Positions 35,021-44,303 of a stretch of 64,000 nucleotides of DNA are shown in pieces. The stretch covers positions 194,280 to 258,279 of the forward strand of contig NKIK01000003.1 in NCBI GenBank assembly GCA_002256115.1. The letters are read 5' to 3'. Position numbers and translations under genes: made by a program. The stretch's first letter is position 1; every line of letters begins with the position of its first letter. Source of the DNA: Burkholderiales bacterium PBB3. GTDB lineage: Bacteria > Pseudomonadota > Gammaproteobacteria > Burkholderiales > Burkholderiaceae_C. Below the pieces are notes generated by a model. That model was not told the origin of the DNA. It saw only the letters and a program-made list of their open reading frames with translations, and did no database searches.

Positions 35021-36373
35021 TCACGACGGCCGCACAGGCTTCTTGCCGCGCTTGGGCGCCAGCAATACCGACTCACCCACTCTTGCAGTGGCGAATTTCT
35101 GGGGTGGTGATGGCTCCATCACCCCCGCCTCTTGAGTGAGCTTTGTCATTTCTGGCACCTGGATTTGAATGCGCTCGTTCAGTCGATTGAGCCCTGCGTT
35201 CCAGTGCCACAGCATCCTCGCGCCCACCGCGTCAAACCCTGGCGTGTGCTTCATGCGTTGAATCAATTCCGGCACGGTCGCCGCCACGGCGGTGCACACC
35301 AGCTCAGCGAGTTCGCGTTGGCGCGGGGGGTCGATACCCAGAAACACTTGCATGAATTGCCACAAGGGCTTCAGATGGGTCCAGCTCTTGCGGCCATCGA
35401 TGGACATGCCTGGCGGGTTATCCGCGTAGCTGTCATAGGCCACGATGGTCAGCATGTCGTAGATGGGCGCGACATGCACATCCTCCAAGCCGGTGTACAA
35501 AAAAGCAAGATTCTTGGTGTGGCAGTCTGAGTTGCCAAGTGCGTGCGTCAACAGCAGTGTCACGGCCAGTTGCTCGTAGGACGCGCGGCGGCCCTGGGGT
35601 GGCACATAGTTGCGCACAAGGCGCGCGGCGCGCTCCCAGGTGCCGTCGTACTTTTGCTCGGCACCCATGCCCAGCATGCTGCAAAAGTCTTCAAAACCCA
35701 GCCGCTCGCCAGTGAGCGGATCAATGTCAAAGCGCTCGACCACGAGGATCTGACCGTCGTCGGAAACCACTGTTTCTGCAACCGCGAAGCCGGTGGCTTT
35801 GGCCGCTTGCATACACAGGTGCTCGTTGAGCCCCACAAGCGGTTGCTTGTCTGAGCTAGCTTTGACGATGTGGCGCTCTGTGGATACGGTGCCTTTGCGG
35901 AACAGTGCTTTGGTCTCTGGCGTCAGAAATTTGGGGACCACCCCCGACACGCCTGAGGCCGCGTACTGGCTCATCAATTGCAGAAACACTTCGCGCGAAG
36001 ACTCACCATGCAACAGTCCATCGAGTTCATTGGCGGCGAGTTGCGGATTGGGACTACTGCCTGCGCTTACCTGAACGCGACCGATCATGTTGTGCCCCAC
36101 CACCGACAGCAGATCCATGGGACTTGCTCCCAGATGCGGCCCCAACTGCTCTTTGAGGACGGACAGTAAAAACCCCTCCGGCAGACTCACCTGAAAGAAA
36201 GGGTGCAGATTGGGCCACTCCCAGCTGGGGGACTGCACGGGCATGAGCAGCGACACAAAATCCTCGGGAGGGGTTCCGTGCAGGTAGGTCAGGTAATGCT
36301 CAAACCCTGCGGGGCTCTGCAACACCGCCACATGTCTGCCGTTCACGAAGACATTGAGTTCTGCCTTGCTCAT
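35021..36373 (-). CDS. hipA: HipA-family serine/threonine kinase toxin
   Basis: 450 aa; HipA N- and C-terminal domains; catalytic SDCHTKNLAF (DxHxKN). Confidence 0.8.
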   Translation of the reverse strand: MSKAELNVFVNGRHVAVLQSPAGFEHYLTYLHGTPPEDFVSLLMPVQSPSWEWPNLHPFFQVSLPEGFLLSVLKEQLGPHLGASPMDLLSVVGHNMIGRVQVSAGSSPNPQLAANELDGLLHGESSREVFLQLMSQYAASGVSGVVPKFLTPETKALFRKGTVSTERHIVKASSDKQPLVGLNEHLCMQAAKATGFAVAETVVSDDGQILVVERFDIDPLTGERLGFEDFCSMLGMGAEQKYDGTWERAARLVRNYVPPQGRRASYEQLAVTLLLTHALGNSDCHTKNLAFLYTGLEDVHVAPIYDMLTIVAYDSYADNPPGMSIDGRKSWTHLKPLWQFMQVFLGIDPPRQRELAELVCTAVAATVPELIQRMKHTPGFDAVGARMLWHWNAGLNRLNERIQIQVPEMTKLTQEAGVMEPSPPQKFATARVGESVLLAPKRGKKPVRPS

Positions 36374-36690
36374 GGCTTGCCGGACGCTCCGTGCGAAGCA
36401 TTGCGCAGTTCTTGCTGCAAGTCGTTCAAATTGGGGCGGCGGGTAGCGGGCACAAACTCCATCTCCACATCCAACACCTGCAACAAACGCAAGAGCTTGC
36501 CTGCGGATAGATCGCTGGAGGCCCCCGTCTCAAAGCGCGACAGCGTCTCTTGTCGCAATCCGGCAGCTGCTGCTACCTCAGTCTGCGTCTTGCCCGCTGC
36601 CTTGCGCAGCTGCTTGTACCGCGCACCAACGTCGGGCAGTGTTAATAAGGGATTTGCGTTTGGCATCATAAATTGGAGAAAATTTTCCAA
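36370..36690 (-). CDS. hipB: HipB-like XRE-family HTH antitoxin/regulator
   Basis: HTH QTEVAAAAGLRQETLSRFETG. 4-nt overlap with hipA. Confidence 0.7.
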   Translation of the reverse strand: MENFLQFMMPNANPLLTLPDVGARYKQLRKAAGKTQTEVAAAAGLRQETLSRFETGASSDLSAGKLLRLLQVLDVEMEFVPATRRPNLNDLQQELRNASHGASGKP

Positions 36691-36824
36691 ATCATGCTGT
36701 TCATTGCATATTTCGTCAATCCAAAATATGTTTTTCAGATCAAACTATTTGTAATTTTTGTAGAAATATGATTTGAATAGCATATTTTGGGCAAGGGAAG
36801 AAACGGCCAATGCTGGGTAAGCGC

Positions 36825-36912
36825 GCTGGCAACCGTGCCGATCCCCCTAGATTAGTGGCCAAAAGTGCCTTTCAACCGGCGATAGTGCGGGGGCAGCTCC
36901 TGAATTAGTAGC
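36825..36912. repeat. Dispersed repeat copy C (reverse; extended, diverged core ggcgatagtgcgggggcagctcctgaattagtagc)
   Basis: gctggcaaccgtgccgatccccctagattagtggccaaaagtgcctttcaaccggcgatagtgcgggggcagctcctgaattagtagc parallels the extended part of copy A. Confidence 0.75.
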
Positions 36913-37092
36913 AATTCGCGCAGATAAAGACTCGGCATCATGTACTGCATGGACATATCGGCAGCCAACGGCTATTGGAGGCTCATTTCGGTCTTTGCAG
37001 CCTCTCCGAAGCGGTCGGTCAAAATGCAGTTTTAACGTTGGAGGCCAGGCGCGGCTGAAGGCCGTCGCCTCTGGGCCGACCAGTTAGATTTC

Positions 37093-37578
37093 TTATAGGC
37101 CAAGAACATCACAGTGAAGTGGCCTGAGGTGAAACTTGCGGCGTTCGCGGCCCTGCCACTCACGCGGTACTTTGTCGAGTTCGCAGTTGAGTGTGACGCT
37201 GTTGACAATGCCAAACCCCAAAGCTACCCACTCAAACTCTCGCGAGTCTGATCCTGCATTTACCTTAAACCAGAATGCCTGTGTCGGGTCGCTTGAACTG
37301 GGAGGCATGCCAGGGTATCGCACCGGGGTCGCTTTCCCGGTAGCCACAACGACAAGGGCAGTACCCCGCGCGTCGGTAGTCGCGTAAATTGGGCGTTCGC
37401 AATCATCCGAGCCCAAGCTTCTGTAATCCAGGCACGTTGAGATGCCTGCAGCTCGCACTGGCTTTCCCGACTTTGTCAGCGTCACAGTAATCGGCGTAAG
37501 GACGACGTTCTCCGCATAAGCGGCAGGTACAGCCAAAGCGAGTGCTAAGGCGATATGAATGTGCCGAACGTAATACAT
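37093..37578 (-). CDS. Small secreted hypothetical protein (signal peptide MYYVRHIHIALALALAVPAAYA) in a low-GC segment
   Basis: ORF with a clear signal peptide and 4 Cys. Lower local GC than the window average. No recognisable domain. Confidence 0.4.
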   Translation of the reverse strand: MYYVRHIHIALALALAVPAAYAENVVLTPITVTLTKSGKPVRAAGISTCLDYRSLGSDDCERPIYATTDARGTALVVVATGKATPVRYPGMPPSSSDPTQAFWFKVNAGSDSREFEWVALGFGIVNSVTLNCELDKVPREWQGRERRKFHLRPLHCDVLGL

Positions 37579-37849
37579 GCTCGCGTGAAATCTACTTAAT
37601 GTCCAGAGCACCAATAAGTGCTCGATAAACTGGCTGATGCACGATATTCTGGTCATCAAATCCTCCCGAAAGTGGCTTGCAGCCTCACTTTCACTGTTTT
37701 TCGACTTTGTTAAATGGATATCGATATTCTGGCAGACCTGCCGAGACTGGCGGATACAAAACCATGTCCACAGACTCCATGAGACTGAAATTGGGTGACC
37801 GTCCTGAACGACAGCTATCACCCACAGATCGCAACGAGCAGGCTGAATC

Positions 37850-38566
37850 TCAATCGCCCAACTTTCCCCACAACTGATCAAACGCCCCCTGAAACTGCCG
37901 CACCAACGCAGCGTCATTCGTCACAACCACGTTCTCTTCGTTATGAGCCGCAGCACTGCGCGTCCAGTTGTAGCTGCCGTTCAGCAGCCACTGCCCATCA
38001 AAGATCGCAAACTTGTGGTGCATGTGCGCATCGGTGCGGTCCACGGCGGTGGGCACACCGGCGGCGCGCAGTCGGGTCACATCGCTGCCGGAGTCGGTTT
38101 CTTTGTCGTTGTCGGTGATGAAGCGCAGGGCCACGCCGCGTGCATGCGCGGCCAGCACCTCTTGGGCGATGCGGTCGTCGGACACGGTGAACACACAAAA
38201 ATCTACGCTGCGGTGGGCGCTGCGGAAGTGCTCGACGATGGTGTTCAGGCAAGCTTCACCAGGGCTAAAGAATGCGCTGGAGCGAATGGCTTGCGCTGGC
38301 GTACGGGCCACGTCCAGCGCGCGCACCACGGCCTCCGTCCAGCGCAGCACGGCCATGGGGTCTTGCTGTTCGGCCAACCGGTTGCGCGCCAGTGTGAAAG
38401 CATGGTTGCGCAGTTGGCGAAAGCCGTCTTCCGGCGGCTGGGCCTGGCGCAGGGTTTGGGCCAGGCTGTGTTTCTCTTCGTCGTCCAAGCGCAGGTCGGC
38501 CAGAGAGGCTTCCAACTGGCCTAGCAAGTTTTCCATGTCTGCGGGTGTGGCAGTCATCGTTTCCAC
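37850..38566 (-). CDS. Phospholipase D-family protein with a single HKD motif (Nuc-like endonuclease/phosphodiesterase fold); last gene of the five-gene operon
   Basis: HHKFAIFDGQWLLNGSYNWT (HxKx4Dx6GSxN). Preceded by an about 100-aa helical N-terminal region. Start lies 2 nt after the giant gene's stop. Confidence 0.75.
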   Translation of the reverse strand: METMTATPADMENLLGQLEASLADLRLDDEEKHSLAQTLRQAQPPEDGFRQLRNHAFTLARNRLAEQQDPMAVLRWTEAVVRALDVARTPAQAIRSSAFFSPGEACLNTIVEHFRSAHRSVDFCVFTVSDDRIAQEVLAAHARGVALRFITDNDKETDSGSDVTRLRAAGVPTAVDRTDAHMHHKFAIFDGQWLLNGSYNWTRSAAAHNEENVVVTNDAALVRQFQGAFDQLWGKLGD

Positions 38567-38568
38567 AC

Positions 38569-41500
38569 TCAGCCCTCGGTCTTCTTGCCACCGCCCTGGG
38601 CACGCGGTGCCCGTGGCTCGTTGGCTTTGGCCAGCAGCAGCTCCAGCCGTTTACTGATGCTGTGGTCCAGGTCCATGCGCTTCTCCGTCGCGGCGATCAG
38701 CGGCATGATGACTTTGCGGTATGTCACCGCCAACTGCAGCACGGCCTCAGCCATTTGCGCTCCCTCACTGGGTTCTTTGGGTCCCGCTGCCGGGCGCAAC
38801 TCATCAACCGACCGGCTCACATCCAGCAGTGCATTGGCAATGCGCGTAGAGCCGTCCGCATCCGCCCCACCCGCTTTGCGCTGGCGCACAAATTCGGCGC
38901 AGATGGCCTGCCAACGCGCATCCTCCTCGGGGCTTGCGGTGCCCATCAGTTGGGCCAGCTTGAGTAGGTTTTCTTGCGTGCCGGTGGTCAGGGTCTGGGC
39001 CTCACCCCGGTAGTGGTCGCGCAGCAGGGCGTCCAGTTCATCCTCATGCATCAGCCCGGTGATCTGGGCAGCCAGCTTGGTCATATTGCGGTAGCTGCCC
39101 TGTAGCTTGAAAGCGGGCTCGGTGCGGTAGTCGTCACGCTGGGCGGCTGAATCGATATAGGCCTGGTTCACCTTCAGCAGCAGATCGCGCGCGCGGAACA
39201 GCCTTTGCATGAGTGCTTTAAGCTCTTCCAGTTCGGCACTACTGTAAGCATGGGCAAAGTCGCCGCTGGCCACCTCATCCCCCTGGGCCAGGCGCACCAG
39301 CAATTGCACATCGCGCGGGTCGCGCGATGACAGGGGTGCCAGCACCGGATTGCTGGTCAGGCTGTTCTCAATATACGACTGGGCGAACAGGGCTTCGCGC
39401 CCAGCCAACACATCGCCCAGGTTGTAGATATCGGCCCGGTTGGCCAGCATGTCCGGGATCTTGAAGACCTCGCCCGACTCGGTATACGGGTTGCCCGCCA
39501 TGGCGATGGCAAAGCGCTTACCGCGCAAGTCGTAGCTGCGCGCCTGGCCTTGCCACATGCCTTCAATGCGGCGCGTGCCATCGGCCAGGCCGATGAACTT
39601 CTGCAAAAACTCCGCACTGGTGTGCTGAATGTCGTCCAGGTAGAGCATCACATTGCTGCCCATGGCCAGGCCCAGGTTCAGCTTCTCCAGCTCTTGGCGG
39701 GCAGCGCTGTTGCTGGCCGACGCAGGGTCAAGCGCCGTCACGTCATGGCCCAGTGCGGGGCAGTTGATGCGCACAAACACCAGCCCCAGCCGGTCGGCCA
39801 CATATTCCATCAGCGTGGTCTTGCCATAGCCAGGCGGCGAAATCAGCAACAACAGCCCCATGCGGTCCGTACGGCTGGTGGCACCGGTGGTGCCAATCTG
39901 CTTGGCCAGGTTGTCGCCAATCATCGGCAGGTACACCTCGTCGATCAGACGGTTGCGCACAAAAGATGACAAAGGCTTGGCCTGGAACTGGGATAAACCG
40001 AGGCGCGATTTTTCTGCGCTCAGCAGTTCGTGGTGCAAGCTTTTGAGCGCTGCAAACGCGGGCACCACCGTTTCGGCATGCGCGCGGTAGCGGCTCCAGA
40101 AGTCATTCAAATTGATCTGCAAGCTGCCTTGATTGATGCGGGCGTGTTCGCTGCGCAAACCGGTCACCGTGGCATCCAGCACCACATTCACCCTGCGGCG
40201 CTGGCCTGGCACAGCCAATACGCAGGCGGCATCGTCTACCCATGCGATGGCGGTCGGCTGGTGCGCCAGTGCAAAGGCATGCATCCAGGCACGCGCCAGC
40301 AACCAACGCTCGGCGGGTGTGGATGCATCCAGGCTGTGTTGCCAATCCAGCGCTTGGCCCAGGCGCTCCAGCTCGCGCTGCAGTGCGCTGGCCATGTCTT
40401 CGCCCGCGCCGCTGATAACCCAGGCCTGCTCTGTACCTGCAGCCCCAATCTCCCGCAGCCAATAGCTCGCGGCTTGATGGCACGCGGTCTGGTGATGCCC
40501 GTTATCAACGGACACTGGCGACAACGCGAAGCCGCTCTCTTCGGCAAACTGCAGCACGCTGTGCGCGGCCTCCACTTCCAGTTTTTGCAGGCTATCGCCA
40601 GCGCCAAAGAGGTGTTGCACTTGCAGCGCTGCACGCGCACGCCGCCGCCAAGACGCCTGCGCCTCACCCGAGCCCAAGTGCTGCCAAACCAATGTCGCCA
40701 GCGCGCGCTCTGTGGGGCCCCAAGTCAGCAAGCCTGCCTGCTCTTGCATGGGCACCAAAGCAGCAACCAAGCGCACCGCATCTTCGTCGTGCACGCCCTT
40801 TTCGTACCCTTCTTGATAACGGGCTGCGGCAAATTGGCGCACGCCCTCCAGCAGCGCCGCATGGCCGTCTTCACCTTGCGCCACCAGCGCCAGAGTTTGT
40901 GCCCAGGTCAGTGTGGCCTGCCCTTTTAGAACCTCTTCAATCCAACTTGCCGCCAAGTACTCTGCGCGGCTGATCAGCGCGGTCTCAGACGGCAGGGCTT
41001 GTTGCCAATACGGGCGATACGCGTCCAGCCGCGCGTCTTGCAGCGGTGCCCGGTAATCCGTGCCCGTCAGGTAAAAGGCCATGCTGTCGCCCAGCGGAGC
41101 CAGTGTGAGCTCCAGCGGCTGGCGGCTGATGGTGAAAGCGTGGCGGCCCAGGCGCAAATGGTTGCCGCCCTCAGACACCAGCTCGCGCTGATCACGCACC
41201 GCGCGCAAGGCGTGGTCGCGGCAAGTCTTGAGGCGCGTGTCCAGATCATCCGCAGCCACCTGGTCACCCAGGCCCCGCATGTCTGCAATCAGAGTGCGCA
41301 GCTTGGCAATCAGCAAGTCCGCCGCAAAGTAGCTGTGCACTTCTTCCAAGCCACTGAGCTGGGCCACACGGCGCTGCGCCCCGTCCAAAATGCGACCGGC
41401 CGCTGCAGCCAGAGCCTGCACGCGCTGCTGGCGCGCTTGCACCAGCGTTTGCTTGCGCGCGGTCAGCGCTTCGTAGACGGCCTCGCGTTTCTCTGTCACA

Positions 41501-43743
41501 TCGGCCAAGAACTCAGCGTGCTCGGCAAAGCGGCCCTCCAGCTCTTCCAGTTGGGCCAGCAGGCGGGTCAATGCGTCATCGCATTTTTCGGGGGTGTCGG
41601 CAAAGTCCAGCGCGTTCTCCACCGCTTGGCCAAACAATTTGAACTGGGCCTGAAACTCGGCTGCCGCCTCGCGCGAGCCCAGTGCCTTGCGTCGGTTACG
41701 CGCATCGGCTCGCAAGCGGTTGATGTCGGTGTACAGCGCAGAAATGCGCTCCAGAATGCCAGTGCGCTGCACGGCATCGCCGCCGGGCAAACCACCCAGC
41801 TGTTCGGTCAGCAGGTCCAGGCCTGCGGCCGTATCGTCCAGCCCCTGCAGAATGCTTTGTAGGCCCTGGCTGGTGGATACCTTGGGCAGCTCAGTGGCCA
41901 CTTGTGCCAGTTGCTGCTGGTGGGCGTGGAAGGCCTTTGCATCGGCCATGAAGGCCATGGCGCGCTCACCCACGCGCTGCTGCTCGGCCACCAGCTCGGT
42001 GTGCATGGCCTCTATGCGGGGCAGATCGGTGTAGCGCAGTTCTTTCAGGGTTTCCAGGTGGCCGCGGCGTTCGCGCAGGCGGCCCAGCGCCGCCACAAAG
42101 TCTTCGGGCTTGCGCCATAGCGTGCTGGCAATATCCACCACCAGTGCCTTGTGCTGGGCCTGTGCTTCGTCCAGGGCCTTGGCGGTCTCCTTGCGGATTT
42201 GCTCTACCTTCTCAAACTCGGCCAGCGTGGTGCGCGCCGCATCGCCAATGCCTTGCAGGTCTTGCAGCAAAGCACCCGCCTCGGGGTCGGCCAGCCAAAA
42301 ATAAGCGTCTGTGACGCGTCCGCATTGGCGAATCAAATCCTCATAGGCGGTGCGGGTGGGCGCTTGCTCTTGCAAGGCGCGCGCAATGCCCATCAACTCG
42401 GCAATACCGCGCACCAGCTCCGCATTGCCGATACGGCTGAAAAAGCCGGTGCCCGCATTCGCGCCGCCCGCGTACTCCTCGCTAAAAAACGGGGTTTGCC
42501 ACAGCTGCATCGGGTGCAGCCGCGTGGGCTCACCCATGCCCGCCTGAAACACCAGCACCTTGCCATCGGCAAACAGCGCGTAGCCATTGGCCACGATCGG
42601 CGCGGCCAAGGATTTATCGATCAGGTTGTAGGTAAACAGCGCATAGTGGCCGCTGACCGGCTGGTAAAACAGATACAGCACATCCTCGCCATTGGGCGAG
42701 CGCAGCATGCGCTTGAAGCGCAAATTGCGTGCAACATCTTCAGGCAAATCAAAGTGCTTGAACTCGCCCGACTGCAGGTAATAGCCACCCGGAAACACAA
42801 TGCCGTGGTCCTCCGGCAACTGCACACACGACAAGCCAATGGCATCAATGCGCGCTACCTGCAGCGTGCGCTGGTTGAAGACCAGATAGCGGGTAGTTTG
42901 TTCGCGATAGGGCCGCACGCGCAGCAAAATGAGTGCGCCCAGCTTGGCGTAGGCCACCTCGGCATCGGTGAGCGACTGGCTCTTGTCGTCCACCGGCTCG
43001 CTGTAAATGCCCAGTCCGGTTTCGGTGTTGTTCTCTACCTTAACGGTCAGGTCGCCACCCACCGTCTCCACGAATACCGTGTCCAGAATATTGATATGCG
43101 GATGCTTGCCGTCCACATGGTTTTCACGGGTGGTTGGCGTCCATTCAAAGTCGTGGCTAGGCGGTAGCGCAATGTCGCGCTCGCCACGGTTGTCCAGATA
43201 CTGCAGCGTGCCATCTGGCGACAACTGCCAGCGGAACACGCGCACGTCGTGCACTTGCTGACCTATCTGAAAAGCCGCCAGCAGCTTACCCTGCGTGACC
43301 CGCAGTTGCAGCAGTTGGGCTTGCTTGTAATAGGCGTAAAGCTCTTTGAAGTCGGATGCGAAACGCGCGTCTTCCAGAAAGCTGCCAGCCAGAGGCACAT
43401 CTTCCAGATCCTGCTCGGTACCCATGCGGTACAGCGCAAAAACATCCCCCACGCTGGTCTCTTTGCGCAGGCCAATGAAAACGTTATAGCCAAACAGCAG
43501 CAGATCGCCAATGCGCACGATGTCGCGGGCGACACAGTTGTTTTGGGTGCGGGCACGGGTGCGCAGTACCAGCGTTTGCTCGGACTTGCCAAACTCTAGC
43601 GTGCGGGCGGCATTGAGCGTTTGTGCTTTTTTAAGCAGCACTTCGCCCTGCACGGTCAGGCGATTCTTCAGCAGCTCGTAGCTATTGCTGCCAGCGACCA
43701 GACTCTCAGTGGAGTCTGCCGCCGCGGATGTGTCAGAAGGCAT
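38569..43743 (-). CDS. Giant (1,724 aa) protein with one MoxR/AAA_5-like AAA+ ATPase module in the C-terminal third; remaining ~1,280 N-terminal residues have no recognisable domain
   Basis: Walker A LLLISPPGYGKTTLMEY, Walker B VMLYLDDIQH, sensor-1-like AMAGNPYTESGEVFKIPDMLANRADIY. Long helical/coiled-coil central region (residues ~550-1000). Uninterrupted ORF with consistent codon usage. Confidence 0.8.
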   Translation of the reverse strand: MPSDTSAAADSTESLVAGSNSYELLKNRLTVQGEVLLKKAQTLNAARTLEFGKSEQTLVLRTRARTQNNCVARDIVRIGDLLLFGYNVFIGLRKETSVGDVFALYRMGTEQDLEDVPLAGSFLEDARFASDFKELYAYYKQAQLLQLRVTQGKLLAAFQIGQQVHDVRVFRWQLSPDGTLQYLDNRGERDIALPPSHDFEWTPTTRENHVDGKHPHINILDTVFVETVGGDLTVKVENNTETGLGIYSEPVDDKSQSLTDAEVAYAKLGALILLRVRPYREQTTRYLVFNQRTLQVARIDAIGLSCVQLPEDHGIVFPGGYYLQSGEFKHFDLPEDVARNLRFKRMLRSPNGEDVLYLFYQPVSGHYALFTYNLIDKSLAAPIVANGYALFADGKVLVFQAGMGEPTRLHPMQLWQTPFFSEEYAGGANAGTGFFSRIGNAELVRGIAELMGIARALQEQAPTRTAYEDLIRQCGRVTDAYFWLADPEAGALLQDLQGIGDAARTTLAEFEKVEQIRKETAKALDEAQAQHKALVVDIASTLWRKPEDFVAALGRLRERRGHLETLKELRYTDLPRIEAMHTELVAEQQRVGERAMAFMADAKAFHAHQQQLAQVATELPKVSTSQGLQSILQGLDDTAAGLDLLTEQLGGLPGGDAVQRTGILERISALYTDINRLRADARNRRKALGSREAAAEFQAQFKLFGQAVENALDFADTPEKCDDALTRLLAQLEELEGRFAEHAEFLADVTEKREAVYEALTARKQTLVQARQQRVQALAAAAGRILDGAQRRVAQLSGLEEVHSYFAADLLIAKLRTLIADMRGLGDQVAADDLDTRLKTCRDHALRAVRDQRELVSEGGNHLRLGRHAFTISRQPLELTLAPLGDSMAFYLTGTDYRAPLQDARLDAYRPYWQQALPSETALISRAEYLAASWIEEVLKGQATLTWAQTLALVAQGEDGHAALLEGVRQFAAARYQEGYEKGVHDEDAVRLVAALVPMQEQAGLLTWGPTERALATLVWQHLGSGEAQASWRRRARAALQVQHLFGAGDSLQKLEVEAAHSVLQFAEESGFALSPVSVDNGHHQTACHQAASYWLREIGAAGTEQAWVISGAGEDMASALQRELERLGQALDWQHSLDASTPAERWLLARAWMHAFALAHQPTAIAWVDDAACVLAVPGQRRRVNVVLDATVTGLRSEHARINQGSLQINLNDFWSRYRAHAETVVPAFAALKSLHHELLSAEKSRLGLSQFQAKPLSSFVRNRLIDEVYLPMIGDNLAKQIGTTGATSRTDRMGLLLLISPPGYGKTTLMEYVADRLGLVFVRINCPALGHDVTALDPASASNSAARQELEKLNLGLAMGSNVMLYLDDIQHTSAEFLQKFIGLADGTRRIEGMWQGQARSYDLRGKRFAIAMAGNPYTESGEVFKIPDMLANRADIYNLGDVLAGREALFAQSYIENSLTSNPVLAPLSSRDPRDVQLLVRLAQGDEVASGDFAHAYSSAELEELKALMQRLFRARDLLLKVNQAYIDSAAQRDDYRTEPAFKLQGSYRNMTKLAAQITGLMHEDELDALLRDHYRGEAQTLTTGTQENLLKLAQLMGTASPEEDARWQAICAEFVRQRKAGGADADGSTRIANALLDVSRSVDELRPAAGPKEPSEGAQMAEAVLQLAVTYRKVIMPLIAATEKRMDLDHSISKRLELLLAKANEPRAPRAQGGGKKTEG

Positions 43744-43751
43744 GCAGACCC

Positions 43752-44288
43752 TTACCAGTCAGCACGCAACAAGGCGACTAGCTCGTCACGGCCTGGCTGC
43801 GCCTGAAGCCACTGGCGAATGCGTGCCAGCTCATCCATGGTCTCAGCGCCGTGGCGTTGGCGCAGCACGGCTTCGCGTCCTTGGCGCAACTCGTTAGTCT
43901 GCAATTGGCGCTGCCAAGCATCGGTCAGAATCTCGTCGAGCCGGCTGCCCAGACCTGCTGCCACAAATGCCTGCCACTCGCCGCGGGCAAACCAGACGTT
44001 CTGGCACGCAGCGCAACGGTCCACGCGGAAGTCGGGCTGCGCGCCTACGCGGAAACGCTGCATCAGGCGCGCGCACGCAGGGCAATGCCGGGCGATCGGG
44101 TCTTCATCGGCAGCGATGGCTTGCGCCACCGGCGGCACCGGTGTTTTGTCGCGCCAGGCGCGGTAGTCGTCGAGTTGTAAAAGCTGGCCTTCACAACTGA
44201 CGCATTCCAGGCCCTGCAGTCCGGGTGCCAATTCGCAGACTGTGAGTTCGGTGTGGGCCTCGCAGCCGCAGCGCAGTGTTGATTTCAT
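43752..44288 (-). CDS. Double zinc-ribbon protein (two CxxC...CxxC pairs, TFIIB-like zinc-finger domain) plus helical C-terminal tail
   Basis: CGCEAH...CVSCEG and CPACARL...CAACQN. Start 15 bp after the flotillin stop; stop 8 bp before the giant gene start. Confidence 0.6.
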   Translation of the reverse strand: MKSTLRCGCEAHTELTVCELAPGLQGLECVSCEGQLLQLDDYRAWRDKTPVPPVAQAIAADEDPIARHCPACARLMQRFRVGAQPDFRVDRCAACQNVWFARGEWQAFVAAGLGSRLDEILTDAWQRQLQTNELRQGREAVLRQRHGAETMDELARIRQWLQAQPGRDELVALLRADW

Positions 44289-44303
44289 GGGTGTGCTCCT
44301 GCG

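Noticed and set aside
39550-43167. Several 140-340-aa plus-strand ORFs (e.g. 40030-40929, 40999-41862, 42151-43167) within the giant AAA+ gene
   Set aside because: All are antisense to one uninterrupted 1,724-aa ORF with consistent codon usage. They are rich in Arg/Ala/Gln with no motifs.
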